NCBI RefSeq assembly: GCF_009914755.1
Contig: NC_060935.1
Reading direction: 5' to 3' (one strand)
DNA length: 64,000 bases
Source: the human T2T-CHM13v2.0 reference genome, Homo sapiens
Below the pieces are notes generated by a model. That model did no database searches. It was given only the letters and a program-made list of their open reading frames with translations, and was not told the DNA's origin. The position numbers and the translations under genes are program-made. Positions 43,297 to 57,171 of the stretch are shown here, piece by piece; positions within the stretch are counted from its first letter, which is position 1, and each line of letters opens with the position of its first letter.

Positions 43297-43793
43297 TGAT
43301 AAAAGGTCAACTGAGGCAGAATAAGATGCATAAAGAGTTAGTTTGAGCAAACAGTGATTTATGAAATCAGGAAGTACCAAACTGAAGGTATTCGGTTGGT
43401 GCAAAAGTAATTGTGGGTTTTGCCATTTCTTTAAATGGCAAAAACTGCAATTACTTTTGCAGCAACCTAACAGTTTTGGGCTCCACCACAGGGATGGAAG
43501 GGGAAAGCTTTATGGGGTGAACACAGACGCAAGGCAAAGGAGACACTTGGTTGGTTACAATGATGTGGTCGCCGTACTGGCTTATCCCATTGGAAAGTCC
43601 CTAGTTGAAGTTAATTGACAGCTTCTGATTGACTAAGCTCGTGTTTCATTTTTCTTTAATATAGACATTTATCAGAAATAGCTCAAGTTAGATTTCACTC
43701 AGGTGTTGCACATCCAGCAAGGCTGAGGTCACTTATGAAGTCTGACTGGCTTTGCTTAGGATTCTTTAGGCCTGTTTTCCTTTTTAATTTAAC
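43297..43793 (-). mobile_element. ERV1-class solo LTR (MER67/MER72-like), interrupted by MADE1
   Basis: Minus strand begins tgttaaattaaaaaggaaaacaggcc; contains tggaaagtccctagtt and ttctgattg motifs. Confidence 0.55.
43391..43470. mobile_element. MADE1 (Hsmar1-derived palindromic MITE)
   Basis: ggttggtgcaaaagtaattgtgggttttgccatt...aatggcaaaaactgcaattacttttgcagcaacc; 80 bp, preceded by TA. Confidence 0.92.
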
Positions 43794-43863
43794 AATATAA
43801 AACAATTCATGTGACTCCAAAATATGTATGTACATAAGTCTACACAGAATGTGTATAAAACCA

Positions 43864-44169
43864 AGCTGGGTGCGGTGGCTCACGCCTATAATCCTAGCCA
43901 CTTTGGGAGGCCGAGGCGGGTGAATCACCCAAGGTCAGGAGTTCAAGATCAGCCTGGCCAACATGGTGAAACCCCATGTCTACTAAAAATATAAAAATTA
44001 GCCAGGTGTTGGGGGAGGTGCCTATAATCCCAGCTACTCGGGAGGCTAAGGCAGGAAAACCGCTTGAACCCAGGGTGCAGAGGTTGCAGTGAGCTGAGAT
44101 CGTACCACTGCAGCAGCTCCACCCTGGGTGAAAGAATAAGACTCCATCTCAAAAAAAAAAAAAAAAAAA
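43864..44169 (+). mobile_element. Alu (AluS) with TSD agaatgtgt.taaaac
   Basis: Full Alu. Confidence 0.95.
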
Positions 44170-45295
44170 GAGAATGTGTGTAAAACTAGATACTGATTTT
44201 TGCATATCTCAGCGGTAGAACTGTGATTTGTTTTATATTCATAACAATATTTAGTGAGAGTAAATTTTCAGAAAACTAAATTAAAATGTTTCCATTTTAT
44301 AGAAATCATTTAGATTAAAATTTTGAGGCCAGGAGTTCAAGGCTGCAGTGCTCTGTGACCCCACCTGTGAATATCCTTTCCAGCCTGGACATAATAGCAA
44401 GACCTCATCTTTTTTTAAAAAAAGATACAATATTCATTAATTTTAACTTGTATTTTGCCTTTGAGCAGTTAATTTGGAATATTTTAGCAGATATCATTTT
44501 TGGAATCATGAAAAATGTTTAATGCTAAATTTATTTCAATTAATACTTTTATCAAAATACATCCAAATTTTTTTTCTGTATTAGTCCATTTTCATAGACA
44601 TCCAAATTTTGTATACATTGAATATATTAAATTTCTAATCATTTAGAATATTACTCTCAATGGAACACAGATTGTGCAAAATGCTAGACTAGAACAACGT
44701 AGTGGTAATTTTGCTGAACAGACTAGCAGGACAAATATATTTTCTGGCATATATAATAATGAATGACATTTATATTTATCACTTATCCAAATGTCACTAT
44801 GCATCAATGAGATGCCTAAGTGTGTAACAGAACAATTAAACTCAGCCGTGTCTGGTGTATCACCAGCTTTCAATCTCATGAAATAGTCAATTCCCACATG
44901 ATTTACATTTTGCCATCATGAAGGGATGTCTGTGAAAGCAGAAGAAACTATGATCTAATGTGCTAGCTGGGTGTGTACCTAACTTTCAAATAGGAAACAC
45001 GTCATGTGGGCTTCCGCTGGTGCTCCTTGCCCAGACCCCAAATAGTAGGGACCGGCTGGCAAGAGGTGGGCACTGAGGGATGTGTTGCCTGTTCCCGACC
45101 TCCAAGGTCACGGCAGAGCCCACGCTCAAAGGGGTCTCCAAAGAGGCAAGGAGCTGGGACGCTCCCAGGTGCCAGGAGGAAGCAGCTATTTCTCCCAGGA
45201 CAAGGGTCAGACCTTCATGCATATCAAATCACGAGAGCTTTAGGAAATGCGATGGTCCTCGTCCTCCAGGGATTCCTGCTGTCGCTGGCAGGGGG

Positions 45296-46339
45296 TGCAT
45301 TAGTCAGCTCTGCCGCCATCACAGAATACCACGGCTGCGGCTATGACAGCAGAAATGTGTGTGTGCTCACATTCTGGGGACTGGGCGTCCAAGATCAAGG
45401 TGCGGTACAATCAGGCTCCCAGTGAGAGTTCTTCCTGGCTCGTAGACGGCCAACTTCTAGCTGCTCTCAGCACGGCCTCGTCTTTTTGCACCCGCGGGGA
45501 CAGAGTGAGACTTCTGTTTTCTCTTCTTCTAGGTGCACTGTATTGGTCCGGATTCTCCAAGGAGACAGCATCACCAGGAAATGTATACAGACACATGCGG
45601 GTGGGCTTGTCAGGGGGCTGACAGAGTCCCCGCGATGACAGAGGCTGAAAAGACCTGCGACGGGCTGTCTGCAGGCTGGAGTCCCTCGAGGCTGAGAGCG
45701 AGACTCAATCCAGGTCCTAAGCCTCAGAACCAGAGAATGTGATGGCGTAAGTCACTCTGAAGCCAAAGGCCAGAGCACCCGAGGGGAAGCGGCTGCCTGG
45801 GGATCTGGGGATCATTCAGCTTGAAATGCCCCCAAGTGAAACAGGGACTCAGCCAAAGTTGAAAATTGGTGACATCTTTTACATCTTACTGGCCGCTGGT
45901 CAAGTCCTGAAGTCCAAAGGCTTTGGAGTTGTCCAAAGACAAGAGAGGATGAGTGTGTCCAGCCCAGCGGCTCCATGCCCTCGCCCCTTCTCTTCATTGT
46001 TCTCTCTGGACCCCCAGCATATTGGATGGGCCCACCCATACCCAGGGCAGATCCCTGCCTCCAGTCCCCTCAGACTTATGTGCTAATCCCCTCCAGAAAC
46101 CCCACACAGACACGCCCACGATAACACTTTACCGGGTTCCCAGGTGTTCCTTAGTCCAGTCGAAAGGACACCAAAGATCACCCCTCAGGGCACTAATCCC
46201 ATCGGATTAATCAGATTAATCCCTGTGGCCTCGTTTAACCAGGATCACTGCCTTAGAGGCCCCATTCTCAAAGACAGTTGCGATGGGGGTCACGGCTTCC
46301 ACGGAGGAATCTTGATGGGACACAATCTAGTCCACAACG
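45296..46339 (-). mobile_element. MLT1A-like LTR split by an MLT2 LTR
   Basis: MLT1 halves at 45296-45538 and 46188-46339. Confidence 0.7.
45539..46187 (-). mobile_element. MLT2 (ERVL) solo LTR
   Basis: tgtattggtccggattctcc...ttagtccagtc..gacaccaaagat; TSD-like tgcac/ggcac. Confidence 0.75.
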
Positions 46340-46726
46340 CCTGGGAAGGCCCAGCTCTGGTCCTGAGACCCTGGGCCTGGGAGGCCTCCTTGGGGCAGCA
46401 GCAGTAGGGTGATGGGAATGTCCCCTTGGGCAGTCCCCCATGGCTGCCCAAGGGTTGAACAAGGTGGCAGACTTCATCACTCAGCCCCATCCGTGGCACA
46501 CTGACCATGTAACCAAAAGGAGCAAACAATTGCTAGGATTTCCAACACAGTGATTCCCACCTGGCACAAGGGAAGCCCTCAAAACATGCCACCGTCCTGC
46601 CAGCTCTCTTCCCTGACCTCACACAAGGAGAAGGAGCGTCCAAGAAAGGCGTCAACCTCAAGAATGCAGGGGCCACGGTGGGCCACATGCTTTCTCTTGT
46701 TACTTTATTTACTTAAAAGAAACAGC

Positions 46727-47294
<568 letters not shown>

Positions 47295-47470
47295 TCAAAA
47301 ATGCACGAGCACAGCAAATTCGTGCTCCTTCAAAGACACTCTCGTGGGCTGCATTTCAAAGTGCTCTGGCCTCCGGGGCCATTGGGCTGCTGGAGGCTGA
47401 GAAGTGGGCATCCCAGCCAGCACTCAACCCTGTCACTGTGCCCTGTCGTCTCTTAGCAGGGAGAGGCAGA

Positions 47471-47532
47471 ACGCCTTGTTTGATGAAGTGTCTTATAAAT
47501 CACGCCTTGTTTGATGAAGTGTCTTATAAATC
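47471..47532. repeat. Perfect tandem duplication, 2 x 31 bp
   Basis: acgccttgtttgatgaagtgtcttataaatc twice. Confidence 0.95.
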
Positions 47533-48032
47533 TATTACATTTATTTTTTCAAGCTACTGGTCTTTTGTGACTATAAAATACTGGACTATTGGAGTCAATA
47601 ACCATAAAAGGAAAATCTGTCTCACCCCTCATGGAGGACAAGATGAAACGGAAGAGGGAAATTGATTCCAGTATAGGTTTCTCCTTCTGGCTGGGATCAC
47701 TGCTGGAAGGCGTCTGCTGTGACCCTGCCTGCTTTTGGAGCAGATGTAAAGGATGAAGCTCCTGGGTGCCTCCAGGCAGGGTGGCTGCTGGCCTGGCCTC
47801 AGGATTGGCACCACTGCATGTGGTCCAGGTGTGAGTTCACCCTGCTGGAAATATCCTGACTGTCCAGCACACAAAGCTAATACTGTTTTGAACCCTCTTC
47901 TTTGATGAACCAGGCGAATGTCCCCTTCGGAAACATTCTTTCACATCCACAAGCTAGGAGGACTTCCACTGCAACAATTTTAACTTCTGCCCAAAGAGTC
48001 AACTATTCCAAAACATGCTGAAACCTACCCAA

Positions 48033-48450
48033 GTGCACTGGCGTGAAGAGTGTCCTCTCAAAATTCGTCTTCACCCAAATCTCAGAATGAGATCTTCTTT
48101 GAGAATATTTGCAGATGTAATTAGTCAAGATGAGATCATATAAGGAGTGTGGGCCCTAAATCCAATGCCAGGTGACTTTATAAGGAGGGGAAATGATACA
48201 GAGGCAAAGACAGGGAAGTGACCAGGTGAAGACTGAGGCAGAGACTGGAGTGATGTGGCCACAAGCCAAGGAACATCCAGGGCTTCAAGAGGGGAGGAAG
48301 GACCCTCCTCTAGAGCCTTTGAAGTGAGCACGGCCCTGCCGATGCCTTGATTTCAGACTTCTGACCTCCAGAACTGTGGGAGTAAGTTTCTGTTGCTGTG
48401 AGCCACTAGTTTGCTTCCATCTGTTTCAGCAGCCATGAAAGCCCAATACA
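48033..48450 (+). mobile_element. MaLR LTR (MLT1C-like)
   Basis: tttgcagatgtaattag...ccttgatttcagacttctgacctccagaactgtg. Confidence 0.8.
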
Positions 48451-48655
48451 TCGAGGCTTCACACTTATGGAAGTGGCACCATTAAAAACTGCTGTCGATG
48501 TATTTCTCTTTGGATGATATGCACGCTTCAAGTCTCATCCTGATATCTTTGCAGAAGGAGGAAACAATCATGGTAGTCATTGCCATTAACAAAGGTGCTT
48601 AGAAGCCACTGATTTAACACAGTATCTGTGACTGGAAACAGTCATTAAGAACACA

Positions 48656-49268
<613 letters not shown>

Positions 49269-49918
49269 CACAAGCTTTGGTGCGGGGCACACAGGATTAG
49301 ATTCCAATGCTGGGGCTCCCTCAGGGAGTAGATTGGATACAGTGAACATACCCAGCTTTGTGTTCATGATTTCTTCTGCCTGGAATTCTCTCCTTGTCTC
49401 CCCCTCCTCCTCTCCCAGTTTACATGTCATGCTCTCAGATAAGCCTTCCCCGGTTACCTTTCTGCAGCTACAAAACACACACACATGGTCGCATATGTGC
49501 ATTTACCAGAGCAAGGGATTTTGTTAAATCTGTGCCTTATCTATTTTGTGTGTCGCTCCCAGGAGGGCAAGAGACAAAACCCATCGTCTTCGCCAGTGCT
49601 TCCTCGGCACCTAGTCCAACTCAGCACAAGTACGAAGAACCAATAAATGAGCAGTGGCAGGTTCCTGGATGGGCATGGGAACAACACAGCTGAGCATGAC
49701 AGGTCGCCCCAGGAAATGCAAAGCTGATGAAACCTGAGCCACAGAGGTGGTGTCAGTGAGAAACCAAGGCTGCTGCTGGGTGGTCCTGTGGACACCGAAG
49801 CAGGAAAGTGAGTCTGTAAAGAGAGCAGGAGGAAGGAAAGAAAAAGAGGGAGAGGAGGGGGAGAAATAGACCAAGGCTGGTGAAAGAGAAGTGGGGACAA
49901 AAAAGGCAGAGGGGCAGA

Positions 49919-49944
49919 AACAGACAGACAGACAGACAGAGGGA

Positions 49945-50010
<66 letters not shown>

Positions 50011-50011
50011 C
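49919..50011. repeat. (CAGA)n/(GA)n/(GAGACA)n microsatellite
   Basis: Directly visible. Confidence 0.95.
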
Positions 50012-53000
50012 ATCGCTTCCAGCCAAGATGGAGGAAGGGAAACTGGATTTAGCGTCCTACCTGAAACCACCCAAAATATATCCAAACCACCAAAATATGT
50101 AAAAAGAAAAATAACATATATTTTCAAAGTATAGGACAGGATGCACAGGAGAGAGGAAATAATGAGGTGAGCCCTATGATGACTCCCAGCTTTCTGCCTC
50201 CTCAGGGTTTCCAGACCATGCTGCAAGCAAGGACCACCCAGGCAAACTCCCAGAGTGGAGGCGATGGGGCTGAGAACACAGGAAGGCCAAGGTAGCTCCA
50301 GTTTGTGGGACAAAACCAGGAGGAGAGAGAATGGAACGGAGCCTAGTAGAGATGTGTTCCCTTATTCAGAATATGATGGATGCAAGCATGTAACAAACCA
50401 CCTTAGGCCGGAGAAAGAACCACCCAAAAGGACTGGCAAAAATAATACATACTAATTACATAGGCCAGGAACAGTGTCTGTTCCCATCTCACCATTCATG
50501 GGGCAGTGAACATACAGAAGGGTTTTGCCTCACTTAATGGGAAATAATCAGACATAGGCTGAACACTGCCATCATCCCGCCCAACGAATATTCAAAGCAA
50601 GACCCAAAAGGATCAAGCTGTTTCTAAGTAAATTAACTAAATCCCGCCCCCAAAAAGCTCAAGAATATGTACAGAAATCCAAAACACACAGGTCCAACAA
50701 GATTAAATTCATATTTTATAATGTTTAGCAATAGAAAATTCAATTAATAAAACAATGAAAAATTATCACACATGCAAAGAAGAAAATATGACCCATAATG
50801 AGGAAAATAACCAATCAAAAGTAAGCAAAAATACCAATGTTATAATTAGCAGACAAAGCATTCAAATCATATTAACTGTATTCTGTATGTTCAAAAAGGT
50901 AAGTGGCAACATGGAAAAAAATTAAACTTCCAAAGATAAAAACTACAATATCTGAAGTGAAAAATACCCTGAATAGAATTAATGGCAAATTACACATCAC
51001 ACAAAAAGATTTGTGAACTTGAAGTCAGAGCAATAGAAACTGCCTAAAATGAAACACACAAAGAAAATAATAATAACACCAACAAATGATAATAAAAGAA
51101 GAGAGTATCAGTGAACCATGAAACAATGTCAAGCAGCCTAATATGTACATAGTTGGAGTTTCTAAAAAAAAAGAGGGGGGAACAGAACAAATATTTCTAT
51201 TTTTGGCCAAAAGTTATTCAAATTTTATGAAAACTATAAACTCCCAGCTTCATGAAGCTCAATGTAACCTAAGCACAAGAATCATAAAGAAAATTACACC
51301 AAGGCACAACATAACAAAATGGCTCAAAACCAAAGATAAAGAAAAAATCTTAAAAGCAGACTAGGGAAGGGAGACATGTTACATCCAGAAAACAAACTTA
51401 AGAATGCCAGCAGATTTCTTGATGGAAATGATTCAAGTGAGCAGACAGTGGACTGGCATCTTTAAACGAAAAAAGTCAAACTAGAATTCTATAAGCAGTG
51501 AATATATCTTTCAGAAATGAAGTAGCCGAAAGAATTCATGACCAGGAGATCTGTCCTACAATAAATGTTAATGGAAATTCTTGAGGCAGAAGAAAATGAT
51601 ACCAGATAAAAATATGAATTACACAAAAGAGTGAAGATGATCAGAAATGGTAACCATGAGGCTAAATATGCAAGTTTTTCTTATTTAAACCCCTTTAAGA
51701 CAACTGACTAAGCAGGAAAAAAATGTATCATGGGGTTTACAAGACATATAGAAGAAAAATATACAACAATAGCACAAAGGTTGGAGTGGGAAAATGGAAG
51801 CATATTATTGTAAAGTTCTTATGCTTACCTGAACTGGTATAATACTACTTGATGATAAAAGTGTAGTAAGATAAAGATTTATGCTATGAACCCTAAGCCA
51901 ACCATTGAAAGAACAAAACAAAGAGTAATCGCAGATAAACCAATAAAGATAAATGGAATCATAAAATTCTATTAATCTAAAAGAAGACAGAAAAAGAAGA
52001 AAAGCAGAATGATGTAACAAAAAGAAAATAAATAGTAAGATGACAGATTTAAATCAAACCATTATCAATTTTTCCATTAAATGTGACCCAACTCTAAGCT
52101 TTCTATAAGAAATGCACTTTAAACCAATAAGCCAATTCAAAAATAGGCAAAGAATTTGAATAGACATTTCTCCAAATAAAATATGCAAATCGCAAATAAG
52201 CACGTGAAAAAAACATCCAACAGCATTAGGCATTTGGGGAATGCAGATCAAAACAACAACGAGATACCACTTTATATCTACTAAGAGGGCAATAACAATA
52301 ATGATAATAATAAGTGGAAAATGACACATTTGGTGAGTATGTAGAGAAACTGGAACCCTCATGCACTGCTAGTAGAAATGTAAATGGCGTGGCCACTATG
52401 GAAAATAGGATAGCACTTTTCCAGAAGTTTAAATAGAGAGTAACATCTGATCCAGCAATTCCACTCCTAGTTATAAATCCAAAAGAAGAGAGCGTAGGGA
52501 CTTAAACAGAGCTTTGTACATGAATGTTCACAGCAACAGTATTCACAAGCACCAAAATGTGGAAACAACCCTTTCACCTGTCCATCAACTGATGAATGAA
52601 TAAATAGAATGTGGTCTATTCATACAGTGGAATAAAACTCAGTCTTAAAAAGGAAGGAAATTCTGACTCATGCTACAACATGCACAAGCTTTGAAAACAT
52701 TATGCTAAATAAGCCAGACACAGTAGGAGACATCTTATATGATTCTACTTATATGAGGTACCTAGAATAGCCAAATTCGTAAAGCCAGAAAGTAGACTGG
52801 TGGTTACCAGAGGCCAGAAAGAGACGGGAGAGGAACTATTGTTTAATGGGCACAGAGATTTTGTGAAAAATGACAAAAGAAAGTTTTGGGTATAGACAGA
52901 GTGGTGGTTACACAATGTTGTGAATGTATTTAATACCACTGAGTCATACACTCCTGAATGGTTAAGATGATAGATATTATGCTATGCACATTTTACAACA

Positions 53001-54330
53001 ATTTAAAAAGTCTTTAAAAAGAACTATGCTTTAAAAATAAAGACAAATACAAATAAAAAGTAACTGGATACAAAAAAAGCATACTTAGTATTAATTTGGC
53101 CAGGCGCGGTGACTCACACCTGTAATCCCAGCACTTTGGGAGGCTGAGGCAGGTGGATCACTTGAGCCCAGGAGTTCAAGACCAGCCTGGCCAACACGGT
53201 GAAACACTGTCTCTACTAAAAATACAAAAATTATTGGGAGTGGTGGTGCACGCCTGTAATCCCAGCTACTCAGCAGGCTGAGGCATGAGAGTCACTTGAA
53301 TCTGGGAGGCAGGGGTTGCAGTGAGCTGAGGTTGCACCACTGCACTCCAGCCTGGGTGACAGAATGAGACTTCGTCTGAAGTGAATGAATGAATGAATAA
53401 AATAAATAAAAGAATAAGTTAATATTAATCAAAAGAAAATTGGAGGATTATATTTTTTTCCAGAAAGCTGGATAAAAGGAAACATCTCAATGCCTTCTGT
53501 GAGGCCAATATTACCCCGATACGAAAAAGAAAACACAGACCAACATTCTTCATGAACACAGATGCAAAAAGTCAAAATAAAACAACAAATCAAATCCAAC
53601 AATATGTAAAAAGGATATTTCATAACCAAGTGTGATTTTGATCAGGAACTGATCAAATTTAACATTTGGTTCAACATTTGAAATTAACTGTTGATTTAAC
53701 ATTTGAAAATCAAAGCATACTAACAAACCATATTAACAAACAAAAGCTAAAAACCCTATGAGTAGCTCAATAGTTGCAGAAAAAGCATTTCATAAAATCT
53801 AACACAGATTCAGGATAAAATCCCTCAGCAAAGCAGAACTGGAAGGGAGTCTCCTCAGCCTGAGAAAAGGCATCTCTGAAAAACCCACAGTGTCCACCGT
53901 ATTTACATGGGAAGACTGAGAACTTCCTCCCTAAGATCCTTGATCTTACAAGGCTGAGGCGTCCACTTTCACACTTCTCCTCAGCAAGACAAGAAAAATA
54001 CATAAAATGCATCCAGAGTGAGATGGAAGAAATAAAACCATCCTTGTTTGCAGAAGACATGATTGTCCCCATAGAAAATCCATTGGAATCCTTGAAAAAA
54101 CTACTAGAACAAGTGATTTTTAGCAAGACTGAAGAAGGCAACAGGAATATACAGCAATCAATTATATTTCTATATAATTGCAATGAATGATTGGAAGTTG
54201 AAATGTCAAAACAACTCTATTTACAAACGCCAACAGAAAATAAGACATGCTTAGGAGAAAATCTTGGCGAAAGATGTGAAAGATTTACACACTGAAAACA
54301 ACAAAACACTGCTGCAAGAAACTACAGATG
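50010..54330 (+). mobile_element. Long old L1M (5'UTR, ORF1 and ORF2 remnants) with nested L1MB-type 3' end (~52124-53018) and Alu
   Basis: cttccagccaagatgg 5' start; ORF1-like KITPRHNITKWLKTKDKEKILKA; ORF2 RT-like ccttgtttgcagaagacatgattgt; degenerate TSD around the nested L1. Confidence 0.75.
53098..53411 (+). mobile_element. Alu (AluS)
   Basis: Full Alu with (TGAA)n/(AATA)n tail. Confidence 0.95.
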
Positions 54331-55747
54331 ACTCGATAACCGAGGTGCCACCTTGCAATGTGAGTCTCAAAGTCCACCTTCATGCAAACCTCTGCTGGCC
54401 AATTAAGGTTACAGGACTTCCAGGCACAGGACATCCCGGGAGCTGACAACCAGTGTTCACGCTGTAACCTGCCTGCCACTTGGGAATGACAAGCATCTTG
54501 CTGAATTTCCCGGGGACAAATGTCATTATCTTCACTTTGCACTTGCAGAAAAACATGACTCAGAAGCAAATAGCTCTGGGCATCCTTATTCCAGGTGTAC
54601 TCACAATTACATCTAACTCCAGATGTGCCGACCAACACCTTGTTATTTATCAGAACAAACCACGGGGCACAGAATATGTGCTTTTCTTTGAATGGAGTCT
54701 ACCTGCTGGCATTCTTTATCAAGAGGTACAGGATAGAAGGAAAGAGAACAGAGGAAGTGGTTTCCAAAGAAAAATGTGGAGGAGGTGACAAGCTTTGTTA
54801 ATTTATGGTCTGGGCAGTTAAAACAGCTTTTCCTACCAGGGTAGGAGCAGAGGGAAAGCAAGAAAACACGAAGTTCCTTACCCTGTGCCCATCTAACAGC
54901 GCTTTGTACAAGAAGTCGACAGTGAAAGTCTAGGTTGCAAAGAAAAAAAGAAAAAAAACCCCACACACAAAGTTCAGTTTCTAATGAAAATACATACAGG
55001 CTTCTAGAAAACATCTACAGATGGCATTTTTTTGGCGGGGGCGGCGGGAATGGCATGTTTGAACAAACCTGTCAATCCACGTAAACCACACTACACTAGG
55101 CCACACACCAATGTGGATCAAATGAATTTCAGCTCAGGAACTTACACTTTTAGGAAGTGCTGAAGCTACAACCCAAGAAGGACGGAATTTTTACCAGCCA
55201 CCACTCTTACATATACCACTGGAGAGGAAGCAAAAATTCAGGGGCAAGGTCAGACCATCGGACAGTCCCTCCCCTCCACCAACGCCCACGAGGCACAGCC
55301 CCGTCCGGCTGTCTAGTGTATTTCTGGCCATAAAGCAACCTTCCACTTCCATGTGGCAAATCAGCCTTACCTCTGCTTGAAATCACACACAAAAAACAGC
55401 AGCGAAGGGATTTCATTTTTAATGCATATAAACACAAGGACAAACAGGAAAGGAGAAGCTGGGAAAGAAACCAGAGATGGCGGAAGATCCTTGAGTGCAA
55501 CTGCTGACGAGGGGAGGTCTGGAGAAGCCGACCAGCTTGCAGCACAGAAGTGCAAGAAGGCCCAGGAACGGAATTGCAGGTTCCTCCCGCTGAGCTGAAG
55601 GCAGGAAGCCTGGTTCAAAGTTTGTTAATAAGGTAGCACTTGGATCCCCTCAACACAGCCAGCTCCTCTTTCTCCACTACATCACTCTCATGTGCAAAGA
55701 AGCCACTGGGTAACAAGTGGCACATGGCCTTTAAGAATGGCAATGAC

Positions 55748-55886
55748 AGCTGGGCACGGTGACATGTGCCTGCAGACCCAGCTGCTTGGGAGGGAGGGCT
55801 AGACAGGAGGATCGCCGGAGCCCAGGAGTTCAGGGCCAATTTGGGCAACATAATGAGGCTCTAAAAGCAAACAAACAAACAAAAAA
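55748..55886 (+). mobile_element. Alu monomer (FLAM-like)
   Basis: gctgggcacggtgacatgtgcctg...cccaggagttc.. with A-rich tail. Confidence 0.8.
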
Positions 55887-56174
55887 GGCAATGGTCATAT
55901 GACAATTCAGGATCTCAGAAGAATGAAGCCAAGGTCAGAATCTCATCTTGACAACCCCAGTGTCAAAGAAAACCAATCGGAGTGGCCACCAGCAAGAGGA
56001 AAGGGCAGGTGCTGAAAAGAAGCAGCAGAAGCCTCCAAGCAAGGCGCCCGCTCATGGTGAAGCACTGCAATACCCTACATCCAAGGCAACCGTGACACCG
56101 CATGCATAACGGAACCAGGACAACAAAGAGCCGCAGGTGTGGGGACGTGCCCAGGAATCCTCAATCCTGGACGC

Positions 56175-56320
56175 CGTCAGAGCCACCTGTGGAGCAATAA
56201 GATGTTCAGGTTCCCAGCCCCCCCTCCCCCGCCAACCCAGATCTACTGAATCCGAATCTCCAGGGGAACAAGTGGGAAGAAGAATTTGTATTTTAGCAAG
56301 AAACCTACGATTCCAAGGGG
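56175..56320. mobile_element. MER5A-like fragment
   Basis: cccagatctactgaatccgaatctccaggg...gaatttgtattttagcaag. Confidence 0.6.
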
Positions 56321-56729
56321 CCACCTGGATGAAGCATCATGGGTGTGACCAACCTTGCCGGAGGGGCAGCGCCCTGCAGTAACCCTGGCAGGGGGTCCCT
56401 CTCTATCCCTGTCTCCCCCTCATAGAGGATGGCTGTGATGACAAGTGTTTTCTCTCCTGAGGAGGAACAGAAATCTGCTTCCCAGCAAGTTCCAGAGGCT
56501 AGGGCCTTTTCCTTCCCCAAGGCAGCATCTTCTTTAGGCAAAAAAAAAAAAATCTCTCCAAACATGGTCCTATTCCAGGTTCCCATGCCTGTAAGTAGCA
56601 CGGCTGTCCATCTGCTGGGAGGAGATTGTTTTCGGGGCTCCTGAGTTTCTACACACAGAGCAGAAACAGTGCCTGTCTTTGTTCAGATGATCTTTTCAAA
56701 TGTGCTTGTAGATGGAACAGCCTTGAAGA

Positions 56730-57171
56730 TGGATTTGTTTCTTGGGACTACCACGACAAAGTACCACAAACTGGAATTGAAGCAAAAACGGCAGAAATGT
56801 ATTATCTGACAGCTCTGGAGGCCAGAAGTCCAAGATCATGGTGTGGGCAGGGTTGGTTCCTTCTGAGGCTGTGAGGAGGCATCTGCTCCAGGCCTGTCCC
56901 CCAGCTTCAGGTGCATGGCCTCAGGCGTTCCTTGGCTGGTAGGTGACCATCTTCTCCCTGTGTCTTCACACGGTCTTCCCTCCATGTCTGTGTCTGAATT
57001 CCTCCTTCTGATAAGGATGCCAGTCATTCTAGATCTGGACCCATCTAACATTTCATTTCAACTTGATCATCTGCAAAGTCCCTATTTCCAAAGAAGGTCT
57101 CATTCTCAGGTCGAGGGGTTAGGACTTCAACATATTTTATGGGGAGCGGGGATGCAAGGTAACCCATAATG
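56730..57171 (-). mobile_element. MLT1 LTR inserted in the proviral 5' LTR, TSD gaaga
   Basis: gaaga at 56725-56729 and 57172-57176 flank a typical MLT1 sequence. Confidence 0.85.
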
